Source: an uncultured Solirubrobacterales bacterium (lineage in GTDB: Bacteria > Actinomycetota > Thermoleophilia > Solirubrobacterales > Solirubrobacteraceae). Taken from it: a DNA stretch of 32,000 nt. The notes under the pieces were generated by a model. That model searched no databases, was not told where the DNA came from, and saw only the letters and a program-made list of their open reading frames with translations. The stretch covers positions 20,891 to 52,890 of the forward strand of contig CAWCHZ010000001.1 in NCBI GenBank assembly GCA_963795555.1, in the 5' to 3' direction. Positions 16,411 through 23,983 of the stretch are shown here, one piece after another. The stretch's first letter is position 1. Each line of letters begins with the position of its first letter. Made by a program: the position numbers and the translations under genes.

Positions 16411-17985
16411 TCACAGCGCTCGCCAGGCGCGTCCGTCGGCGCCGATCAGCTCATCGGCGGCGGCCGGACCATCGCTGCCTGCCTCATACGACGCAAGCTC
16501 TGGCTGACCGGAGTGCCAGGCCTCGAGGATCGGGTTGACGAGCCGCCAGGCCGCCTCGACCTCGTCGGCGCGCGTGAAGAGGGTCGGGTCGCCGACGAGC
16601 GCGTCGTGCAACAGGCGCTCGTAGGCCTCGGGCGACTCGCGCAGGAAGGCCGCGCCGTAGCTGAAGTCCATCTGCACCGGACGGATCTCCATCGTCGAGC
16701 CGGGCACCTTGGCGACCATCCGCAGGCTGACGCCCTCGTTGGGCTGGACCGAGATCAGCAGCTGGTTGGGCTCCACGACCCCCACACCCCCCGTGAAGGG
16801 CAGGTGTGGCACCGGCCGAAACGCGATCGCGATCTCGGTCGCGCGGACCTTCAGGCGCTTGCCGGTGCGCAGGTAGAAGGGCGTGCCGGCCCAGCGCCAG
16901 TTGTCCAGCTCCAGGCGCAGCGCCGCATAGGTCTCGGTCTGCGAGTCGGCTGGAACCCCCTCCTCCTCGAGATAGCCGGGCACCTGCTCGCCGGCGACCC
17001 AGCCGGCGCTGTACTGGGCGCGCACTGACGCGGTGGCGGCCTCCGCGGGCGTCCAGGGCTTGGCCGCCGAGAGCGCCTTGACCTTCTCGTCGCGGATCAG
17101 CTCGGCGCTGAAGCGCAGCGGCGGCTCCATCGCCACCAGCGAGGTGAGCTGCAGCGCGTGGTTCTGGATCACGTCGCGCAGCGCGCCAGCGTTGTCGTAG
17201 TAGCCCGCGCGATGGCCGATGCCGATGTCCTCGGCAACCGTGATCTCGACGTGGTCGATGTAGCGCCGGTTCCAGAGCGGCTCGAACAGGCCGTTGGCGA
17301 AGCGCAGCACGAGCAGGTTCTGCACCGTCTCCTTGCCGAGGTAGTGGTCGATGCGGAAGATCTGCTGCTCGTCGAAGGCGGCGCGCAGCTGGCGGTTGAG
17401 CTCGATCGCCGAGTCGAGGTCGTGCCCGAAGGGCTTTTCGACGACCAGCGCGCTGGGCGGCTCGGCGCCGGCGCCCAGCCCGACCTTGCCCAGCGCCTGG
17501 GCGATCGGCCCGAAGAACGAGGGCGCGGTCGCCAGGTAGAAGAGGCGGCGCGTCGGGCCACCAAGCCGGCGATCGCTGTCGGCCAGCTGCTCGACGAGCC
17601 GCTGGAAGGTCTCGGGGCTGTCGAAGTCGCCTCCGACCCATTCGAGCTTGGCGCGCAGCGCCCGCCAGGCGTCGGGATCGAGGCCGGTGCGCGAGAAGCG
17701 CTCGATCGAGTCCTCGACGTGGCGTCGGAACGGCTCGTGGTCGTCGGCGCGGCGGCCGACGCCGATCAGCCGGAAGCGCTCGGGCAGCTGGCCGGCGATC
17801 GCGAGGTTGTAGAACGCGGGCAGCAGCTTGCGCGCCGCCAGGTCACCGGTCGCCCCGAACAGCACCATCGTCGAGGGCGGCGGCAGTGGCTGCTGGACGT
17901 CGGCGGCGAAGGGGTTGGCCGGCGCCTCGCTGGGCGCCCTGCTGATGGTGGTGTTGGTGACGGTCGCCGCGTCGGTCGCGCTCAT
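16411..17985 (-). CDS. zwf: Glucose-6-phosphate 1-dehydrogenase
   Basis: LFGATGDLAARKLLPAFYNL (NADP-binding motif) and the RIDHYLGKE active-site signature are present. The start ATG overlaps the tal-pgi stop (ATGA at 17983-17987). Confidence 0.95.
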   Translation of the reverse strand: MSATDAATVTNTTISRAPSEAPANPFAADVQQPLPPPSTMVLFGATGDLAARKLLPAFYNLAIAGQLPERFRLIGVGRRADDHEPFRRHVEDSIERFSRTGLDPDAWRALRAKLEWVGGDFDSPETFQRLVEQLADSDRRLGGPTRRLFYLATAPSFFGPIAQALGKVGLGAGAEPPSALVVEKPFGHDLDSAIELNRQLRAAFDEQQIFRIDHYLGKETVQNLLVLRFANGLFEPLWNRRYIDHVEITVAEDIGIGHRAGYYDNAGALRDVIQNHALQLTSLVAMEPPLRFSAELIRDEKVKALSAAKPWTPAEAATASVRAQYSAGWVAGEQVPGYLEEEGVPADSQTETYAALRLELDNWRWAGTPFYLRTGKRLKVRATEIAIAFRPVPHLPFTGGVGVVEPNQLLISVQPNEGVSLRMVAKVPGSTMEIRPVQMDFSYGAAFLRESPEAYERLLHDALVGDPTLFTRADEVEAAWRLVNPILEAWHSGQPELASYEAGSDGPAAADELIGADGRAWRAL

Positions 17986-20876
17986 CAGGCGCGACCCGTG
18001 CCGTCGCCCTCGCCCGATCGCCCCTGCGCGTCGGTGCTCGCGGATTCGCCGCCGTCGCCCTCGGCGACGTCCGCCACCAGCTGCGCCAGCTGCTCGAGCG
18101 CGCGCTCGACGTCGCCGGAGAGATGCACGTGCACGGCGGGCAGGTCACGCGAGCGCAGCGCGCGCAGGTCGCCGATAGCCTGCGCGCGGATCAGCGTCGC
18201 GAAGTCATAGCCAGCGCCCGGCACCTCGACGTCGCCGCGGCCGTCGTGGGTGATCTGCAGGAAGCGCCCGCTTGGCGGGCCGCCCTTGTGCAGCTGGCCG
18301 GTGGAATGCAGGTAGCGCGGTCCATAGCCGACCGTCGTCGCGACCGCCTGGGCGTCGCGTACGCTGCGGCGCAGCCGCGTCAGCGCCCGGTCGGCGCGCG
18401 CGCTGGGGGCGATGTAGGCGAGCGTGGCGAGGTAGCTGCCAGGGCCGGTCTCATCCAGCAGCTCAGCGAGCGCCCGGGCGACCGTCGTCGGGCCGCCGTT
18501 GCGCGTCGGCCCGAGCACGCGCAGGTCGTCCTGGGTGGCGATCACCTCCTCCTCGGGCAGCCGCCCGTCGCGACGGTAGGCCTCGATGGTCTCGCTGACC
18601 AAATCCTTGGCCTCCTGCACGTTGGGCTGGTCGAAGGGGTTGATGGTGAGCACGGCGCCGGCGGTGGCGACGGCGAGCTCCCAGGTGAAGAACTGCGCGC
18701 CGAGGTCGGCGGCCTCGTCGAACGGGATGCTGATAACCGGGTGGCCGGCGTCGGCCAGCGCGGCCAGACGGCGATCGACCTCCTCGTCAGCCTGCTTGGC
18801 GTTGCGCAGGTGGACGAAGACCCGATCGGCGCCGTAGTCGGCGGGCTCGCCAAGCGGCTCGTCGGCGATCGGGACGATGCCCTTGCCCTCCTTGCCCGTG
18901 CTCTCCGCGACCAGCTGCTCGAGCCACAGCCCAAGGCTCGACAGCGGCTCCGAGACCACGAAGGTCAGCTTGTCCCGGCCATGCTGGGCCAGCGTGCCGA
19001 TCGCCAGGCCGAGCCACAGCGCGCGGTTCTGATCGCAGGCCAGCTCGGGCATCGAGCTGTGCATCGCGACCTCGGCGCTGTCGAGCAGCGCCCAGACGTT
19101 GACGCCGATCAGCGCTGCCGGCAACAGGCCGAAGTACGACAGCGCCGAGTAGCGCCCGCCGATGCCCGGGTCGTTCAGGAACGTGCGGCGAAAGCCCTCG
19201 CGCTCGGCGTGGTCGGCGAGCGCGGTGTCGGGATCGGTGATCGCGACGAAGTGCGAGCCGTCGTCGATCAGGCCGCGGAAGTAGGAGTACAGAGCGCGCG
19301 GCTCGAGCGTGCCCCCCGACTTGCTCGAAACCAGGAACAGCGTGCGCTCCAGCGTCAGGCGCTCGGCGAGGCCGGCGACCGCGTCGGGATCGGTCGAGTC
19401 GAGCACATGCAGGTCGAGGAAGCCGGGCGCGCTGCCGAAGCTGCGCCGCAGCACCAGTGGCGCGAGGCTCGATCCACCCATCCCCAAGAGGACGCAGTCG
19501 GTGAAGCCAGCCTGGCGCAGGTCGGCGGTGAAGCTGGTCAGATCGCAGAGGCGCTCGCGCATCTGCTCGGCGATCGTCAGCCAGCCGAGGCGGTTGGAGA
19601 TCTCCTCCGCCGAGGGCTTCCAGAGCGTGTGGTCGGTGCGCCAGATGCGCAGCGCCACGCGCTCGCGCTCAGCCCAGCGCACGCGCTCGCCGATCGCCTC
19701 GGCGTCCTGCTCGGCCAGGCGCGCCTCGAGGTCGGGCGGCTGACCCGACACAACCGCCTCGCGGCGCCGCTCGATGCCCGCCAGCAGCTTGTCCAGCGCC
19801 TCCGCGAAGGCGGCGATCCCGTCGACGAGCAGCTGCTCGGTGACCTCCGCGAGCGAGATGCCGGCGGCCTCGATGTCCTCGATCAGCTGGTGGGCCTCGT
19901 GCTCGCTGTCGGTCAGCTCGTCGCCCACCACACCGTGATCCTGGAAGGCCTGCAGCGTCGCCATCGGCATCGTGTTGACGACCTGCGGCCCGGCCAGCTC
20001 GGTGACGTACTTGGTGTCGGGATAGCGGGGGTCCTTGGTCGACGTCGAGGCCCACAGCAGCCGCTGCGGGCGGGCACCGTGCTCGCGCAGCGCCACGAAG
20101 CGCGGGTCGGTCAGGCTGCGCGTGAAGTGGCCGTAGGCGACCTTGGCGTTGGCGGCCGCCGCGCGCCCCAACAGGTCGTCGCGTCCCAACGCCATCAGAC
20201 GGGGGTCGATCGCGCTGTCCACGCGGGAGACGAAGAAGCTGGCGACCGAGGCGACGCGATCGATCGGCTCGCCGCGTCCGACGCGCTCCTCCAGCCCGGT
20301 CAGGTAGGCGTCGGCGACACGCAGGTAGGCGTCGACCGAGAACAGCAGCGTGATGTTGATGTTGATCCCGGCGGCGACCGAGCGGCGGATTGCCTCGACG
20401 CCCTCCGGCGTGCCGGGGATCTTGATCATCACGTTCGGGCGGTCCAGGCGCCGCCAGAGGTCGGCGGCGGCGGCGATCGTGCCCTCGGTGTCGTGCGCGA
20501 GCTCGGGCGCCACCTCGAGGCTGACATAGCCGTCGTGGCCGTCGCTGGCGTCGTAGACCGGGCGCAGCACGTCGGCCGCGCCGCGCACGTCCTCCAGCGC
20601 CAGCGTCCAGTAGATGTCCTTGACCGCGCGGCCGTCGCTGGAGAGCTCGCGCAGGCGCTCGTCGTAGTCGGGGCTGCCGAGGATCGCCTTCTCGAAGATC
20701 GATGGGTTGGACGTCACCCCGACGACGCAGTCCTCGTCGATCAGTCGCTTGAGCTCGCCGGTCTCGAGCATCGCCCGGCGAATCGAGTCGATCCAGACGC
20801 TGGTCCCCAGCGCCGACAGCGCGGCCAGAGGGCTCGTGGGGGAGGCCTGGCTGGGGTGGGTGGTGGGGGAGGTCAT
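17985..20876 (-). CDS. Bifunctional transaldolase / glucose-6-phosphate isomerase fusion
   Basis: The N-terminal ~370 aa are transaldolase-like (SVWIDSIRR...VTSNPSIFEKA...MIKIPGT). The C-terminal ~590 aa are PGI-like (LLGMGGSSLAP...GGRYSALS). It is a single 963-aa ORF. Confidence 0.9.
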   Translation of the reverse strand: MTSPTTHPSQASPTSPLAALSALGTSVWIDSIRRAMLETGELKRLIDEDCVVGVTSNPSIFEKAILGSPDYDERLRELSSDGRAVKDIYWTLALEDVRGAADVLRPVYDASDGHDGYVSLEVAPELAHDTEGTIAAAADLWRRLDRPNVMIKIPGTPEGVEAIRRSVAAGININITLLFSVDAYLRVADAYLTGLEERVGRGEPIDRVASVASFFVSRVDSAIDPRLMALGRDDLLGRAAAANAKVAYGHFTRSLTDPRFVALREHGARPQRLLWASTSTKDPRYPDTKYVTELAGPQVVNTMPMATLQAFQDHGVVGDELTDSEHEAHQLIEDIEAAGISLAEVTEQLLVDGIAAFAEALDKLLAGIERRREAVVSGQPPDLEARLAEQDAEAIGERVRWAERERVALRIWRTDHTLWKPSAEEISNRLGWLTIAEQMRERLCDLTSFTADLRQAGFTDCVLLGMGGSSLAPLVLRRSFGSAPGFLDLHVLDSTDPDAVAGLAERLTLERTLFLVSSKSGGTLEPRALYSYFRGLIDDGSHFVAITDPDTALADHAEREGFRRTFLNDPGIGGRYSALSYFGLLPAALIGVNVWALLDSAEVAMHSSMPELACDQNRALWLGLAIGTLAQHGRDKLTFVVSEPLSSLGLWLEQLVAESTGKEGKGIVPIADEPLGEPADYGADRVFVHLRNAKQADEEVDRRLAALADAGHPVISIPFDEAADLGAQFFTWELAVATAGAVLTINPFDQPNVQEAKDLVSETIEAYRRDGRLPEEEVIATQDDLRVLGPTRNGGPTTVARALAELLDETGPGSYLATLAYIAPSARADRALTRLRRSVRDAQAVATTVGYGPRYLHSTGQLHKGGPPSGRFLQITHDGRGDVEVPGAGYDFATLIRAQAIGDLRALRSRDLPAVHVHLSGDVERALEQLAQLVADVAEGDGGESASTDAQGRSGEGDGTGRA

Positions 20877-21030
20877 GCTGGCTTGCGCAGGATGGCGCGG
20901 GTCATGCTGCTGTCGGGTGTCACGCTGGCCGGCGCCAAAGGGATCCTCGGTCGGCCGCTGGGTCGGCCTCGATCACAGCGTAGTCGGTTGTGGCGCGCGG
21001 CTCGCTGGTAGAGGGGGAAATGCCGTCGTG

Positions 21031-21048
21031 TGATGTAGCATTACATCA
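21031..21048. promoter_or_regulatory. 18-bp palindrome abutting the vapB-1 start codon (candidate RHH antitoxin operator)
   Basis: TGATGTA-GCAT-TACATCA ends 2 nt before ATG 21051. There is no room for an SD. Confidence 0.5.
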
Positions 21049-21050
21049 CC

Positions 21051-21317
21051 ATGCACCGCACCCAGATCACCCTCACCGACGACCAGTACGCGCGCCTGCT
21101 GGATGAGTCCGCGCGCACCGGACGCTCGCTGGCGGCGCTGATCCGTCGGTTGCTCGACGAGCGCTACGGCCTGCTGTCGGACGCCGACCGCCTCCGGTCG
21201 CTGGAGAGCGCCTTCGGCGCCTGGGCCGGACGCGAAGAGACCAGTCAGGACTACGTCGAGCGGGTGCGATCGGGTACCGCCCGTCGGCTGGGCGCTCAGC
21301 GTGCCGGGTCTGGCTGA
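21051..21317 (+). CDS. Ribbon-helix-helix (CopG/VapB-like) antitoxin
   Basis: MHRTQITLTDDQYARLLDESARTGRSLAALIRRLLDE has the RHH beta-strand plus two-helix pattern. It overlaps the downstream PIN gene by 17 nt. Confidence 0.8.
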   Translation: MHRTQITLTDDQYARLLDESARTGRSLAALIRRLLDERYGLLSDADRLRSLESAFGAWAGREETSQDYVERVRSGTARRLGAQRAGSG

Positions 21318-21681
21318 CACCTCCGTCCTCGTCGACTACCTGCGTGGGGTTGAGCCTGCGCAAGCGCTGCTGAGATCGGCGATCGAGCGCGGTGAAGTCG
21401 TGGCGGCCTCCGCGCTCAGTCGGCTCGAGCTGATGATCGGCATGCGCCGCTCGGAGCGCCGGCGCACAAGCGCCCTGATCGCAGCGATCCGCTGGCTGGC
21501 GGTCGATGAGCGCGTCCTTGTCGAGGCGGACTCGTTGGCCCTGCGCTACGGCCCCAGTCAGTCCGGCATCGATGCCGTCGACTACTGCATCGCCGCAACG
21601 GCGCGCCTGCATCGGCTCGAGCTCTGGACCCTCAACGTCCGGCACTTTCCGATGTTCGCCGGGCTTCGGACGCCCTGGTGA
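21301..21681 (+). CDS. PIN-domain ribonuclease toxin (VapC-like)
   Basis: GTG start. LADTSVLVDYL (Asp), SRLELM (Glu) and IDAVDYCIAATA (Asp) are arranged as PIN acidic residues. Confidence 0.8.
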   Translation: MPGLADTSVLVDYLRGVEPAQALLRSAIERGEVVAASALSRLELMIGMRRSERRRTSALIAAIRWLAVDERVLVEADSLALRYGPSQSGIDAVDYCIAATARLHRLELWTLNVRHFPMFAGLRTPW

Positions 21682-21834
21682 GGATGCGCTGGCAGCCGCG
21701 GTCCTGACGATCGCCGGCAGCTCGGCCCAGCTGTCCCCCGAGCCTCAGACGCAAGCCGCTACGCCGCTGGCCCGGCGCCCGTAGCGCCCTGATCCGGCAC
21801 GCTTGCGGCAACACTCGTCGCGGCTTCGGCCGAG

Positions 21835-22317
21835 ATGAGCGCCATGGAGGGCAGTCAACTGCGTGGCGACGAGGCGATCCTGTTCGAGGCGCACCACGCT
21901 CGCCTGGCGAGCTTGCTGCGGCGGACGGTGAGGGCGTCACCGGCGGTCATCGAGGATGCCTGTGCGACCGCCTGGGAGATCTTCTTGCGCCGCCAGCCGG
22001 CGCGCGATGACATCGGCGGTTGGCTTTACGTCGTGGCCCGCCGCGAGGCGTGGCGGCTGTGCTCGCGTGAGCTGCGCACGCAGCCGCTCGAGGATCGGAG
22101 CGAGCCGGCCGGCGAGGCCGACATGGAGCTGCGCATTGCGCTCACCGACGGTCTGACGGCGATCCGGCGGCTGCCCCGGCGACGCCGCGAGGCGCTCCTC
22201 AAGCATGTCGCGGGCTTCAGCTACGCGGAGATCGGCGCCGGGCTCGGGCTGTCATGGCGCGGCGTCGACAAGCAGCTTCGCAAGGCCCGTCGCGAGCTGA
22301 AGCGCGGGGCGTGCTGA
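21835..22317 (+). CDS. ECF-type (sigma-70 family, regions 2+4) RNA polymerase sigma factor
   Basis: Region 2-like: FEAHHARLASLLRR...IEDACATAWEIFLRR...WLYVVARREAWRL. Region 4 HTH: LPRRRREALLKHVAGFSYAEIGAGLGLSWRGVDKQLRKARRELK. Confidence 0.8.
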   Translation: MSAMEGSQLRGDEAILFEAHHARLASLLRRTVRASPAVIEDACATAWEIFLRRQPARDDIGGWLYVVARREAWRLCSRELRTQPLEDRSEPAGEADMELRIALTDGLTAIRRLPRRRREALLKHVAGFSYAEIGAGLGLSWRGVDKQLRKARRELKRGAC

Positions 22318-22571
22318 CCAGCCCGGAGCTCGTGCGCCCAAACCACCGTTCTCGGCGCGGGGCCGAAGCGCCCTTTACGAATGGTCTGTACCAATCGTAC
22401 CCTCGTCCGGATTGGCGCAAATTCACTTTGCAATGATCAGGGGAGCCTGGGCATCCTGCCGCCCCCAAATCTGCGCGACATGGGAGGACAGGACGATGCA
22501 TGCGACAGCCACGGCGGCAGCGAATCGTCCGGGAGCAACAGCTGCGGCCGGGTGCTCCGAGTAGGGGATCA

Positions 22572-23921
22572 ATGGCAATCACACCCGACTCTCGCGGCAT
22601 CGCCGAGTTCGAGCGCTTCGTGCGCGCCAACGAGGCGCTGTTCCGGCGCTACGTCGCTCGCAAGCTGAGCGGGTCGCAGGTGAGCGTCGACGACACGTTG
22701 CAGGAGGGGCTGGAGCGGATCTGGAAGGCCTTCCAGAAGGCCTCCTGGCCGAGCGAGCCGGCGGCGAAGGCGCAGTTTGCCCACCAGCTGTTGAAGTGTG
22801 CCGCGATCGACGCGATCCGTGGGGTCGACGGACGCGGCGGCACGCGCCGTGGCCGCGAGATCTTGATCGACCACCGGGCGCTGGACGGAGCTCACACGCT
22901 CGATGGCGCTCACAACGACGACCACCACGGGGTTGCGGTCGCCGCGATCCATCGGATGCTCGTGCGACGCGCCGCCGAGGAACGGGACGTCGATGCCGAC
23001 GCCGCTGTGGTGCTCGGTGCGATCGCCGCGCTGACGGCCGATGAGCTGCGCATCGTCTACCTGGCGGCCGCCGGCTTCGATCACAAGGAGATCGCCGCCA
23101 GGCTGGGGCTGACGCACCAGGCCGTTCGGTCGCGCTTTGTCGTCGCACGCCAACTCGTGCGCGAGCTTGTCGCCTGCGCGTTGGGAGATCGTGCCGGCCA
23201 CGCTCATCGCCAGCGGGTGTACGACTACCTCGATGGTCGCCTCGGCGGTCGCGCCAAGCGGCTGGCGGAGCGTCATCTCCGCTGCTGCCCCTCGTGTCGG
23301 CGGAGCGTCGAGCTCGAGCGCGAAGCGGTCGAGCGCGCGACGCGGATCCTCAGCGGGCTGCCCTGGCTGGGCCCGCTTGGCCTGCTCGGATCGAGCGCGC
23401 TCGCCGGCGCCGCCGCGGCCGCGGGTGTGACCGCGGCTCCGGGCGCGGTGGCGGCTCCCGGTGCGGCTCCGGGCGCGGCGGCGGCTCCGGGAGGGGCGGC
23501 GGCCGTGGGCGGACACACCGCCGTGCTCGCCGGCGCCGGTGCGAAGCTCTGCGTCGCTGGTGCCCTGCTCGCCGCGGCAGGCCTCGCCGCTCCGCGCGTC
23601 GCGGCGGCTCTGCTGGCACGCCATCACGTCATCGGCGCGACGGCAAGGCCGGCCAGGATCGAGCGGGCGCCAGCGGCCGTCGCCCCGACCGCCGGGGCGC
23701 TCGCGGCGGCTCACGTCGCGGCGCGCTCGCCGCACGCTTGGCCGGTGCGCATTGCGCGAACGTCCGCCCGTCCGGCCGTCACCGCCGCGCACGCAGCGGC
23801 GGTTCCCAGCTCGGCGCACCCGACCCCTTCAACCAACCCCACGCAGCGCGTGTCTCCGAACACCGCGCCACGTCCAACAGCCGCCGGCGGTGCCGGTGGA
23901 GCGTTCTCACTGGGCCAATGA
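22572..23921 (+). CDS. Sigma-70/ECF-like factor fused in one polypeptide to a zinc-finger (zf-HC2/ZAS) anti-sigma motif, TM segments and an Ala/Pro-rich C-terminal tail
   Basis: SD AGGGGA (22563-22568) precedes ATG 22572. Region 2-like: FERFVRANEALFRRYV...DDTLQEGLERIWKAF...LLKCAAIDAIR. Region 4 HTH: LTADELRIVYLAAAGFDHKEIAARLGLTHQAVRSRFVVARQ. The next segment, VYDYLDGRL...AERHLRCCPSC, gives H-x3-C-x2-C at nt 23274-23297. Hydrophobic stretches lie at about nt 23350-23600. Confidence 0.65.
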   Translation: MAITPDSRGIAEFERFVRANEALFRRYVARKLSGSQVSVDDTLQEGLERIWKAFQKASWPSEPAAKAQFAHQLLKCAAIDAIRGVDGRGGTRRGREILIDHRALDGAHTLDGAHNDDHHGVAVAAIHRMLVRRAAEERDVDADAAVVLGAIAALTADELRIVYLAAAGFDHKEIAARLGLTHQAVRSRFVVARQLVRELVACALGDRAGHAHRQRVYDYLDGRLGGRAKRLAERHLRCCPSCRRSVELEREAVERATRILSGLPWLGPLGLLGSSALAGAAAAAGVTAAPGAVAAPGAAPGAAAAPGGAAAVGGHTAVLAGAGAKLCVAGALLAAAGLAAPRVAAALLARHHVIGATARPARIERAPAAVAPTAGALAAAHVAARSPHAWPVRIARTSARPAVTAAHAAAVPSSAHPTPSTNPTQRVSPNTAPRPTAAGGAGGAFSLGQ

Positions 23922-23983
23922 CCGGACCCGCGCATCCGCGGCCCGGCGCAACACCCCGTCAGTCCCGACAAAGGAGCTCCCGC

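Noticed and set aside
18123-21011. A 962-aa plus-strand ORF, and similar long ORFs at 5904-7430 (-), 1537-2802 (-), 13217-14476 (+), 15024-16538 (+), 25265-26614 (-) and 17158-18210 (+)
   Set aside because: Each lies antisense to or out of frame with a gene that has clear family motifs. Their translations are Arg/Ala/Gly/Pro-rich low-complexity sequence, typical of stop-poor shadow frames in very GC-rich DNA.
22318-22571. The 254-bp relatively AT-rich intergenic region between the two sigma genes as an sRNA or small-protein locus (ORFs 22254-22436 +, 22381-22668 +, 22221-22433 -)
   Set aside because: The small ORFs lack start contexts and have non-coding-like composition. I could not identify a convincing promoter/terminator pair or a known RNA motif. 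It most likely holds the promoter/leader of the fused sigma gene.
23294-23983. The upstream 230-codon extension of the secreted-protein ORF
   Set aside because: It overlaps the sigma/anti-sigma fusion gene in another frame and is Arg/Gly-rich nonsense sequence. A strong SD plus a canonical signal peptide start at 23984.
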